Below are positions 53,101 through 64,000 of a stretch of 64,000 nucleotides of DNA, piece by piece. Every line of letters begins with the position of its first letter. The first letter of the stretch is position 1. The stretch is taken from positions 38,812,001 through 38,876,000 of the forward strand of contig OZ024744.1 in the NCBI GenBank assembly GCA_964016885.1. The letters run 5' to 3'. The notes under the pieces were generated by a model. That model saw only the letters and a list, made by a program, of their open reading frames with translations. It was not told where the DNA came from and did no database searches. Source of the DNA: Eledone cirrhosa (lineage: Eukaryota). Position numbers and translations under genes: made by a program.

Positions 53101-55092
53101 CCTTCTTCGTAACCTTTGGCCAGGTCATCACGAAGAGCAAACGGGACCGGGCGTGCCTTGTGAAAGACCGGTGTCGCGTCCGACTTGAACTTCACTTCCA
53201 GTTCGAAGTCATTAAGACATCCCAATTCTTGCTTGAAGAGATCTGGGAATTCATCACACATGTGACAATCTCGTTGCATGGAAATATAGGGCTCATTTGA
53301 GGTCTTTGATGCATCACTTCTGCACCCTCACTCTTGGCCTGGCTGTCTATGCTTTTCAATCCTAGAGCATTGTCCACGGAAATTCCCAGAGTCTGGATAG
53401 CGTTTCGTCCTAGCAAATTAAGATCAGGGATCTTGGTGACGATGTACGGTATTGAGTTCCGTTTACCGGTCGTTGGATCCTTGGTTTGGCCCATGAAAGT
53501 TCCCAGAACGGGCAGGTCGTGCTTGCTGGCAGATTCAAACCGATGTTTGACATCTTGCAGCTTCGGTTTTCCTAATTGTTTCCAAACTGACAAGGAAACA
53601 AAATTGCCTGTAGTAGCTGTGTCCAATTCCATTGTGAAAAGTCTGTTCTGGATTGTTATTGGCACATTCAAACTATGAGTATCGTGGGGAACTTCACCAA
53701 GGATCGCCTTGACTAGCTCAGCTTTCGTGATTCTTTTCACGTAATTCTGTGAGCGATGATTACGTTGCCGATGTTGTTTCTTTCTACACACCGCTTGCAA
53801 ATATCCCTTTTTGTCACAAAAATGACATTTGGCTTCTTTGAAGGGGCAGTCTGTCGCTTTGTGGACCTTTCCACGTCGGTAGCACATCTCCTGGTCTGTG
53901 GAATAAGACTGCTGATGGTTCTTTCGAGGACCCTTGTTCTTGTTCTGCTGGACCTTGTAGACTTGCTTGGTTTTGTAACCGCAAACAGTTTCCTTGGCAA
54001 CCTTTGCTGCGTCTTCGGTCCCGATGGCAACTTGGACAGCACGGACGAAATCTAGTTCTGTATCCTTGATCTTGAAAATAGCCTTCAACACAGCTTCATT
54101 ATTGACAGAACATATAAATCTCTGTCTTAGAGCTTCATCTTGTGGATTTGTGATCGAAGGAAAATCACAGGTAGCTGCATCCTGACGTATACGTGCTGCC
54201 AGCCCCTGGAGAGTTTCGCCTGGCTTCCGTTGCATGTCACTCCAGAACTTGAAACGTTCTCTCACAATGAAAAGTTTTGGGTCGAACTGTTCTTTCATGA
54301 AGTCAACAATTTCGTCCATTGTCAACTTGTTGATATTCTTAGGCGGATTTTGTTGAGCAGCCAGATTTGCAAGTTGTTTGTAGATAGCAGCCGTCTGATT
54401 AGTCAGGAACACTTGTGCCATGCGTTGCTCGGGTACAGCGTTAGCAGCCACAAACGTGCAGAATCTTGACCAGTAATCAGGCCATAGTTCTGTTGTTGAA
54501 TCAAAAGCAGCAAATGGTGGGATGAATGCTGTTGGTGTCGAAGCAACTGGCGACGCCAATAAACACTGTTGTTCAGAATCTCGAGCACCAAACAGTTTTA
54601 TCAGAGTGTCCATATTTTTCTTGTATTGTTGCATTTGTTGTTCCTGTTGTTGCATTTGTTGTTCCATCTGTTCTCTAAACAACTTTATTAGCTCCGCTGT
54701 TTGTTGTTCCGCCATGTTTTTGTGATAAACAATTTCCCGGCAATGTAGGTAAATCCTATCGGCAATGTAGGTAAATCCTATCGGCAATGTAGGTAAATCC
54801 TATCGTCGACGCCAATAAACTGTTGTATTCCTCTCGGTACTCGCAGAGAAAACACAACGAGTTATATCAAATAATTTGTGTAATTTGCGAAACAACCAAA
54901 ACGCCCCTCCTCGCAGTAGCAGAATAACATAAAGTCAGTAGCAGACTGTGACTGAGTTTTTAATACCAACGCTGACTGACTGCCCAGGTCACGTGATTCA
55001 TATGCAAATGTGTGAGCACGTGTAAATTGAATAGAAATTTAACAGTCCATACAACAATGAGGTTGTGAGTTCGATTCCCAGTCTATAAAACA
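50153..55092 (-). mobile_element. Complete Ty3/gypsy LTR retrotransposon (Mag-like)
   Basis: TG..CA LTRs at 50153-50428 and 54821-55092; TSD ATAAG (50148-50152, 55093-55097); PPT ggtggggagg (50429-50438); PBS tggcgtcgacgataggatt (about 54796-54814, resembles a tRNA-Ser 3' complement). Confidence 0.96.
50633..54715 (-). pseudogene. gag-pol (zinc knuckles, protease, RT, RNase H, integrase) with two frameshifts
   Basis: CHFCDKKGYLQAVC, LDTAT, LPFG, FQDD, DAS..E..TDH, H-H-C-C, DDE (LDH/TDN/AER); frame changes near 53280 and 51810. Confidence 0.92.
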
Positions 55093-55321
55093 ATAAGTAT
55101 TGAAGTTTCCGTTGAAAATTGAAAAAGTCATAGGAGTGAAGAGTGTTCTATGTAAGTTACAGAGCTAAATTTAATGTATAATAAACACATATATATGTAT
55201 ATATATATTTTTTGCATACACACACACCACACACACACACACTCACACACACACATATATATATATATATAATAAAATAAAACAATGACGAGTGGTTACT
55301 CCTTCATTATGTATACTGGTT

Positions 55322-55406
55322 GGTGACGAGCGTTTCGCCACCGATCAGCTCAAGATTCGATCTGTATTGATCTAGCCCGGCTCTGTAATCAACGGCTCGT
55401 CAGACC
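55322..55406 (-). ncRNA. Hammerhead with long stem II (degenerate relative at about 49005-49092)
   Basis: ggt-CTGACGA-gcc..[about 55 nt]..ggc-GAAA-cgctcg-TC-acc. Confidence 0.65.
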
Positions 55407-55946
55407 CTTTTGGTGGTAAGGATGGAATGAATATACATGGCGTACGAGAAAGTCTAATGTTCATATGCTGGTCAATGAAATTTGTTTTGATTGATGGGTT
55501 AATTCTAAGGGATGTTTTCGCCTACAGTGTTGGTGGGGGAGTGAGTGTGGTGATTAGTTGGTGGTGCAGGACATAGGTTGAAGTGGGTGGCGATGTATAG
55601 TGTTTTGACTGCCACTAGACAGTTTGGCGTGTACGTTGGGCTGATTTTCTGTGTGGGGTGTGGGTGTGGTGGTGGTGCCGTTTATGATACTGGATGAAAT
55701 ATTGCGGTGTTTTGGGAGGGGTGTTTGGTGTGGCAGGGGATTAGTAAGGGGACTCATGTTATAAGGAATTAATGATCATCGTGTCTATAAAGGAATATAC
55801 ATACATATAAATACGCACACACACATACATAGGATATACATACACATGTGTGTATACACACTAGTAGGGAAACATGACGTGGGCATGGGTGTAAACATAC
55901 GTACACACACACACACTTGTCACACCCATGCATGCACAGTCTCTGG

Positions 55947-56031
<85 letters not shown>

Positions 56032-56104
56032 CATATACATATACATATATAGGGGTTGGGATGAATACGTGCATGGAGCATGTATAATATATGTGCATCC
56101 ACTG

Positions 56105-56620
56105 TAGAACCTGTCTTCCCTCCTCTCACACCACGCTACTCTTAACGAGATCATAAAACATGCCTTGAACGCTGCAGGCTGCTTTTCTCAGCTTGAGCCG
56201 GTGGGGCTGGACCGAGGAGGTCGGCAAAAATCTAGACGGTATCATGATCTTCTCGTTTCGCTGTGGTAAGTCCCTCATCTAGGAGTCTACATGCTATGAT
56301 ACTTTCTCCAGCGACAACCTTGTACATTCGACATCTAATCCAAGTGTCAAGCCGAAGATCGTAAGCTGTCGAAGTGTCGGTCGCTCTCTGATAGGTTTTT
56401 CGTCGAACCTGACCTGTAGCAGTATTGATTTCTAGCATTCTTAGTCCCCCGATCACCTCCCTTCTCACTGTCATCGGGTGGATTTGGCCACCCGCGACTT
56501 GAAACGGTTATTCCAATGCGTCTCTCTCACCATCCCGCGGGGCAAATATTTCTCCATTCTGTCCATTAGAACCACGAGGTGACCTGCGCCTGGGCTCCCA
56601 CACACTGGAAAATGCTTCTC
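56105..56620 (+). mobile_element. Degenerate CRE-clade LINE 3' fragment
   Basis: LEPVGLDRG..LDGI..GKSLI*ESTCYDTFS...LFQCVSLTIPRG across frameshifts. Confidence 0.65.
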
Positions 56621-56769
56621 CACAACATCTGGGACTGTATATTTGGGGTAGCTCACTTTTAAGACTTAAAGCATTCTCGTTATAGCAACAGCTGTTTCTT
56701 CTACACCAAAAGTTATTTTATTTTGTGCAAACTCTATAAACAAATTACTTTCCCATGTTTGTATATGTA

Positions 56770-58008
56770 CAAGGTACACTCAAGAAGTTTTGAGACTTTT
56801 TCTTTTAAAGTACTTTTAATTAACTTATGTAACTGTTACTCTAATACATCCTTGGTATGGTTATAAGCTAACATGCTAAATTTATTTTCCAGGTTGAAGG
56901 TTCGGGCCGCTACAACACTTTAAACATAACCAGTCATACATGTCCTTCATAGCTGACTGGCTCCACAATGCAGTCGGGACGTGAGGACAACTTGGTGGCT
57001 CGATAGGCAATAAACGTTCCTGTCAAGTTCGGCAAAAACACTGCTGAAACCTAAGAAATGGTCAAAACCGCTTACGGACTAACTTTCATGAGCCGGGAGA
57101 CTGTTTTCTGCTGGCATAAAACGAGGACAGAAAACAGGTTAGAGATGACGTGAGGTGTGGCAGAGAGAGGGACATTAGGACACCAAAGTTGTTTGACAAA
57201 ATTCACAAATTTCTGGATGAAGACTGTCGTGCATTTCTTCTGATGATTGCTAAACAATTTGAAGTGGCTGAGGGCACTGTGTACATACTCATTCATGATG
57301 ATCTGAACATGTGCAAAGTTTGTGCAACGTTTTTTCCCACCAGCGTGCTCAATGAAGGTCAAAGGCAGAAGCAAGTTGATGGCAGCAGGGATATGGTCAA
57401 GTGAAATACTTTGAATCTAAATTTCCTTTAGTGTCTGGTAACCTGTGGCGAGAGCTGGGTCTACTGATATAATCCAGAGACCAAGAGACAGAGTAGCCAG
57501 TGGAAATATTCTTCGACAGCAAGGGCATCATCAATATCCACTGGGTCCCACCACGACCAGACAGTCAACAAAGAGTTCTATGTAGAGCTTTTGAGTCAGT
57601 TCAGAAAGTGATTTCGTCGCAAGAGACCAAAGTTCTTCAAGTCTGGTCAGTGGCACCTGCCCTCCCTGCCACAAATCCATCCTGCTGACCAACTACTTGG
57701 CTAATATGGGGATAAAGACTGTCCCTCATCCTCCCCACTGTCAAGACTTAGCCCCATGTGACTTCTGGATGTTCCCAAAGCTGAAGAGAAACTCATGGGT
57801 ATCCACCCACTTTGAGGATGTGGAGGAGATGAAGTAGGTTGTGACAAATGCCCCGGACATCTTCATTTTGGAGGACTACAAGGAGCCCTTCCAGAAATTG
57901 CTGGAGCACTGCAACAAGTACCTTGAAGCTGGAGAATCCTACTTTGAGGTGACTAGAATTTTATGTTGATCTGGGTTAAAAGTCTCAAAACCTCTTCAGT
58001 GTACCATC
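56770..58008 (+). mobile_element. Degenerate mariner element with TIRs
   Basis: TIR ggtacactcaagaagttttgagactttt / aaaagtctcaaaacctcttcagtgtacc; TA on the left; TCGESW and HPPHCQDLAPCDFWMFPKLK motifs. Confidence 0.88.
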
Positions 58009-58469
58009 CATATTTGTGTTGGCTCGTATGAGAGTATATGAGTGTGCGTCTCCAGACTTCGAGTATATATTTTCCAATAATCTGATTCTTGTACGTAAAA
58101 CACCCGTAGTCTATCTAAAACTATTCCTGTAATGTTCCATACATCTGACACCCTTGTGGCAAATAGATAAAATCCTTACAATATTTATTTCATATTTCTT
58201 TTTTTTTATATATATATATATATTGGGGGCGGGGGTGAAGGTAGGGTGAATTATTCTTGGCTTTTCATGTGTGGCTTATATTGTTGTAACTAACAATAAA
58301 TAGAGATTTGGGTTACCAACCAACAACATATCTCTTCATATCCACCAACAAGCGGAAACTGGGGGGAAATATAGTTTTGTGGAAAACATTTGTGAAAAGA
58401 ATATATAACATTATATTTATGAGTTTGTTTTGCAGGTGGGATGATAAAAAGAAAAGAAAAACAACAACA

Positions 58470-58513
58470 GCAATAATAATAATAATAATAATATTTTTAT
58501 TAGCCACAGCTAT

Positions 58514-58591
<78 letters not shown>

Positions 58592-58609
58592 GAGAAGAAG
58601 AAGAAGAAG

Positions 58610-58641
<32 letters not shown>

Positions 58642-58647
58642 TGTATG

Positions 58648-58681
<34 letters not shown>

Positions 58682-58822
58682 TGTATGTATGTATGTATGT
58701 ATATATATATGTATATATGTATATATGTATGTATATATGTATATATGTATGTATATATGTATATATGTATGTATATATGTATGTATGTATGTATATATGT
58801 ATGTATGTATGTATATATGTAT
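58470..58822. repeat. Compound (ATA)n-(CTA)n-(GAA)n-(TATG)n microsatellite
   Basis: Direct reading. Confidence 0.97.
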
Positions 58823-59181
58823 GTTATTTAGTCCAGCCAGCGACTTGAAAACTCAGCGCATCGGTAGGGGTTCTCCTACATGGATATAAAGTAGTAGCCG
58901 TACTCGAAAACGAGTTGGCAGCCACCTGACATCCTCGATCTTTGTTTTACATAGTCTACATTTATTGTCAGCTGATGGCCCTGCCCTTTTGTGCAGCAGA
59001 TATTTGGTAGGGAGTTCTTGTTCCTGTATTGCATAGAGATATCCCTCAAGGTGTGATGTCATAAACTTGTCGGAACTCCATGCGAGGCTTTTTGAGTGGT
59101 TTATCCCCTCTATGGTCTGTGTTTTACGTCTCAAGTGGATATAAGGTAGTGGCCGTACTCGAAAACGAGTTGGCAGCCACC
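58823..59181 (-). mobile_element. Small rearranged RLE-LINE derivative with 46-bp direct repeats, in (TATG)n
   Basis: SHLEGYLYAIQEQELPTKY..CRLCKTKIED between repeats at 58881-58926 and 59136-59181. Confidence 0.65.
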
Positions 59182-59284
59182 ATGTATGTATATATATATG
59201 TATGTATGTATGGTATGTATATATGTACGTATATATGTATGTATGTATTATATATGTACATATATATGTATGTCTGTATTTATG

Positions 59285-59315
<31 letters not shown>

Positions 59316-59734
59316 ATGAGTATCTTTGTGTCTTTGTGTCAGAATGAGTACGGTAGAGGGGAAATTATATTGCTAGATGGAATATTAAATAGAAAAGATA
59401 TAACCTGAAGTTAACATAGGCTGGTGAAGGGAAAGAGAAGGGGCAGGAGAGGGGAAGATATAAAACGAGAACAACTGTGTGTATATGTATATACACACAG
59501 TTATATATATGTATGTATGTATGTTCTTCTGGTTTTATAATTTCATAAATTTTTCCCAATAGAGAGAGAGTCTGTTTCTAACATAGACATAAGACTCTCT
59601 CATTGGAATTTACACATCAACTAGGTAGGTTATGTATGCATGCCTGCATGTGTAGATATGGATGTTATTGTATGTGTGGATGTGAATGTTTTCAGTTGTA
59701 TGTGTGCATGCTTTGTATCTATACATGTGTATAT

Positions 59735-62700
59735 GCAGTTATTAGATGCAAAATTTTTGGAATGTTTTACATATTTTTACTGTTCAATTAATGGATTGTA
59801 CTTGTAATTTCCTAACTAGTTGTGTTCTTTCTGTTCCTGTGAAGCCTAGCTTCTCAAGATGGGTATTGAGGCAGTTACTAAAATATCCCAGTGCCCCAAT
59901 AATCACAGGTATAAATCTGAAGGTGTAATCAGGGTGGAGTATCTGCAGATTTCTCATCAGTTCTGCATAAATATTCTCCTTTTCGCTAATCCGTGATATT
60001 ATATTGGTATCTGCTGCACAGCTAACTTCCACTACTTTGCATGCCTTCTTTTCCCTGTCCCATATCATAATATCTGGTCTGTTATGCCTGCATTTTATTG
60101 GGGTTTTTACTGGAACATTCCACCAGTACTCTTTCATATTATGTACATGAATGTCTTCCACATTGCTGTAGCTTTTAATGAGTTTATTATCGGGGCTATC
60201 CTTTTTACGAACTGCAGTGTACAGTGTTTTGGCCACTACATCATGCCTCATAGGTAGATAGTACCGCGATGACATCTTTGGACAGCTTCTTATGACATGG
60301 GTGTCATCTTCGATGTTAATTCTGCAGAGTCTGCACTTGTTATCACATCTAGGTGTTTTTCCTGCATCCCTATCTCTTTTGTGAATCAGATATTTCTTGT
60401 TAATTTCCTGTTCTTGGATTGCAATTACGTATCCTTCAAAGTGGGAGACAATATAGCGGTTGTTGGTCCAAGATTGACTACATTCTTTATCTGGAGCTTC
60501 CTGGCAACATATCCATGCATGAGTTTTTGCTGATAAGCATGCAGTTTTTCATCCATGGTTTCACTGCGGTACTGCTGAGCGACTTCCATGGGTGTGAGTT
60601 TTTTTATTATCACACAGGGAATATCTCTTGAGGAGTTCCTTCTCAACTCTCATGATCTTATCTGTTTCATGCAGATAGACTTGCTCGAGTGACGGGCTCC
60701 TACGCTTTGAGGTTCGTAGATGTTGTCGGAGGGATATGATGCGACATTCAAATGCTGTCTGGACTGATGTTAGGCCTCTGCCTCACTGCTTACGTTTCAA
60801 GTAAAGGCGGTCTATGTCACTGTTGATGTGGAAGTTTCCGGTGTTGTTTAGTATTTTTCGAGTTCTAACATCAACTGCTCGGATTTCGTCTATCGTCCAA
60901 TTGAATATTCCAAAAGTTGGTGTTAGGACAGGCACAGCAAACACATTGTGGGCCACTGTTTTGTTTTGTGCAGAGAGTTCCGATGACCATATCTTTCTTA
61001 ATCGTCTTAATCGAGTGTAGTATTCCCTGGTTACGCATTCCTTATTACAGATACCATTATAGGATATGTTCTCATCTATCCCCAGGTATCTGTAGCAGTC
61101 CTCATCAGATATCGGTCAAACAGTTAGGCCATTGATGACAATGTTGCTAGATTGGGTTGTTGTTTTTCCCCGCTTTACAGTCATGTATGAGCATTTATCT
61201 TGGCCAAACTCCATTCCTATATCCTTTGAGAACGTTGTAACCAGGTCAAGATTTTTCTTCATCCCATCCATGTTCTTGGCATAGAGTTTCAGATCATCCA
61301 CAAAGAAATTATCGGTTAGGTTCGTATTTCTGTCCTCCTGTGAGCCAATGATGTATCCCTCACATTTCTTGAGCAGAAAGGACAAGGGGTTGAATGACAG
61401 GATGAAAGATATCACAGAGAGACTGCCCCCCTGAAATATACCTCTGCGATATTTTATTTTATCAGTGAAAATAGAGTCCTCCCGCTCTGTCTTTAACCTT
61501 AGGATAGTAGCCCAAGAAGAAGACAGCTTCTCTATGACTCTGGTAATAATGTCTGGGACTTTAGCAAGTTGGAGGGCCTCTATTATCCAAGAGTGGGCAA
61601 CAGAATCGAAAGCTTTCCTGTAGTCCAGCCAGACTGTAGCCATAAGTTGTCGCACCTCCGACATCACAGTTTTGTTGATTAGAAGTTGTTCAGCACATCC
61701 CCAAACCCCTTTCTTTCCAGCTGCTTGTTCATCTGTGATGATGTTATTATTTTCACAGTGATCTTGGAGGAATAGGTTCAGGCAGGCTGTATATATCTTA
61801 TACATCAGGTTCTGGCATGCAATGGGTCGGTAGTTGTTTGCCAAGTGGGTGTCTTTGTTCTTGGGGACCAGTAATGTTTATGCTACACTTATACCATTCT
61901 GGTATAAGTGTATCTCCCTTAATAACTTGTTGGTAGAGGTCGGTAAGATACCTCCGATAGAATATCAGTTTTTTGTACCATTAGCCAACAATCATGTCTC
62001 TTCCTGGTGTACCCTCACTTATTTCGTATGTTTTTGATGTAGTGTAGGAGCAATAGTTCTTTTGGATTTATTTTAGCCACACTGCATCTTGGTTTAAATT
62101 CTTCTTTTCACCCCATATTTTGCTCCAAAAGGAATCTATCTCTTTCTGGGATGGGGCCTCAGTGACACTTATTATTTTGCCCTTCATATCTCTATAGACT
62201 GATGTTTGGTTTCGTCTGAATCTTTTATTAAGCACTTTTCTCTCATCTACCTTCTTCAGGTATCGGCGTTTTTCTCTAACAGCTCTCAATTCTTGTTTGA
62301 GGGTGATCAGCTCATATTGAAGAGTTCTGGTTCTACTGTTACCAAACATCGTCTCTATTTTATATTTTACTCTTTGTTGGTGAGGAGTGATTTTTTTGTG
62401 TTTGTTTGCATGTAAGGAGCATTGTCACATGTCCTATGTTTTTTCGTAGGTCAGTAATCTTTTTTTCTATTTTAGTTATATATGATGGTATTTTTGGTGG
62501 TATTTTGTTCTTGTTAATATCTCTGCTATCACCAAGATAATGCTTCGCAGTCGTTGCTAAGGCATACAAACAGGCGTTGATTTGCCAAAATGTAGGCATA
62601 GTTGTTTCAAGGCACTGTTCGACCTGGCTGCTAGGAAGTCTAGTAGCATGGGGACCTGTAGCACATGTTGTTGATTCCATGTTGAACAAACGTCGCTTGT

Positions 62701-63183
62701 TGGCGTAATTGTTTCGCTGTGAAGTGATTTAGCTCTGGGTGTATTTCGTTCCAATGTAGCTTCATTCTGTTCATATAGCCAATGGAGGTATTGTTTTTTG
62801 CCTGTTTATAACAATTAAACAAATCATCATTAAGTTATTATCTCCAAGAGAAATGCAATTTATAATTTCGGTTTCTTCTGTAGCTACAACTGAATAAATT
62901 TTGTTTACCTTTCTCGTTGTTGTTTTTCTTCGGTACTTCATTAATGTTGTTGATGTTGTGTTCAGCCATGGTGTTTGTAGCAAATCCTTGTAAAATGAAT
63001 TATGTATTTAGTCAGACATCTCTACGAATTCTAATAAAAGGTATCTTCCGTGGATATAGTTAAAAGAATACCCAGTTATTCAACATGACTGTAGTTGCGG
63101 CATTACTCTCGGAGATAGTATTCATCTTAAATTTAATGAATAGTCTCCGACGCCAAAATGTGTGACTGATTGCGGTGACTGAC
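59735..63183 (-). mobile_element. Near full-length degenerate R4/Dong-like RLE LINE flanked by (TATG)n
   Basis: NYRPIAC, WLDYRKAFDSV, GIFQGGSLS, FVDDLKLY, RHD, RPDIMIWD..VEVSC; many stops and frameshifts; (TATG)-rich tracts at 63184 onward and about 59630-59735. Confidence 0.85.
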
Positions 63184-63269
63184 TATGTATGTATGTATCT
63201 ATGTATGTGTGTATGTATGTACGTATGTATATATATGTATGTATGAATGCATGTGTGTATGTGTGTATA

Positions 63270-63306
<37 letters not shown>

Positions 63307-63315
63307 GTGTGTATA

Positions 63316-63436
<121 letters not shown>

Positions 63437-64000
63437 ATATATATAAACATATATATATGTATATATATATGTATATATATAGTCCTTATGAAGACAGATT
63501 ATTACACGACTATATATATATATATATATGTTTTTTTATTTTTATTTTTTTTTTTTAGTTAATTCTATTGACTGATTAATCGCTTAAGTTTATTTTTAAA
63601 ACAACTCGGTCGAGAGCTTAATTCGTTTTGTGCGGTTTTTGCAAATTTTTGCAATGACTACACATGCTGAATTCACTGGCCAAAATAGGGGTTTTCTCCC
63701 CTTTGAACCTCACATGTGCTTTCATAACCTGTGAGATTCTGGCGCACGAAGAACAAAAACCTGTTGAGAAAGCGATGTCTTGTTCGATCATTATACCAAA
63801 AGCTTCTTTTTTATAAGCAGACAATATTATTGATTTAGGTGTTGCAGAAACCCAAATTCGGAGTATTCCATCTTCCCAGGGGATCCGGGTAACTATTTCA
63901 ATCATATCTCATTTTGTTTGACCCGTTTAGTTTGTTCGCCTTTTTGGCTCTAGTGGTTAATGGCTTCTTAAGCATCGTCTCAGTTTGTATGACCTTTTTA

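Noticed and set aside
51786-53300. Programmed gag-pol frameshifts in the gypsy element
   Set aside because: The shifts fall after the protease and between RNase H and integrase, not at a gag/pol boundary; likely mutational.
54738-54805. CRISPR-like array
   Set aside because: The repeats are contiguous without spacers, lie inside a eukaryotic LTR element, and no cas genes are present.
63000-63183. HDV-like ribozyme at the 5' end of the RLE LINE
   Set aside because: Hairpins and a TCCACG..CTAA-like spacing exist, but I could not build the nested double pseudoknot by eye; needs a descriptor search.
63600-64000. 95-aa ORF at the window end as a host exon or transposase piece
   Set aside because: Cys pairs are present but no motif I can assign; insufficient evidence.

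Overview
AT-rich, microsatellite-saturated animal DNA with no recognisable host gene. SINE content (Nin-domain and CORE-like tRNA SINEs) and repeat style suggest a coleoid cephalopod such as Octopus (inference). Retroelements: three full-length Tx1/L1-clade LINEs (one in (GATA)n, two in (AAT)n, one with an intact 1139-aa ORF2), R4/Dong-like RLE LINEs, CRE and RTE fragments, one complete Ty3/gypsy LTR element (LTRs, 5-bp TSD, PBS, PPT) and two Penelope-like (Naiad-type) RT/GIY-YIG remnants. DNA elements: mariner and Helitron remnants and a MITE. Structure invisible to the ORF track: (1) more than 20 type-I hammerhead ribozyme motifs of about 8-9 sequence families in mostly microsatellite-bounded modules. 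These include near-perfect 300-450 bp palindromes with a ribozyme on each strand, a retrozyme-like 437-nt tandem, a recurrent CAGAAGA core variant and ribozymes with very long stem II. (2) A consensus splice donor over the ORF1 stop of all three Tx1 elements; in the (AAT)n family it defines a 52-nt candidate intron that would fuse ORF1 in frame to ORF2. (3) An alternating tail-to-tail stack of RLE and APE LINEs in (AAT)n tracts. All calls are by eye; no searches or folding were run.
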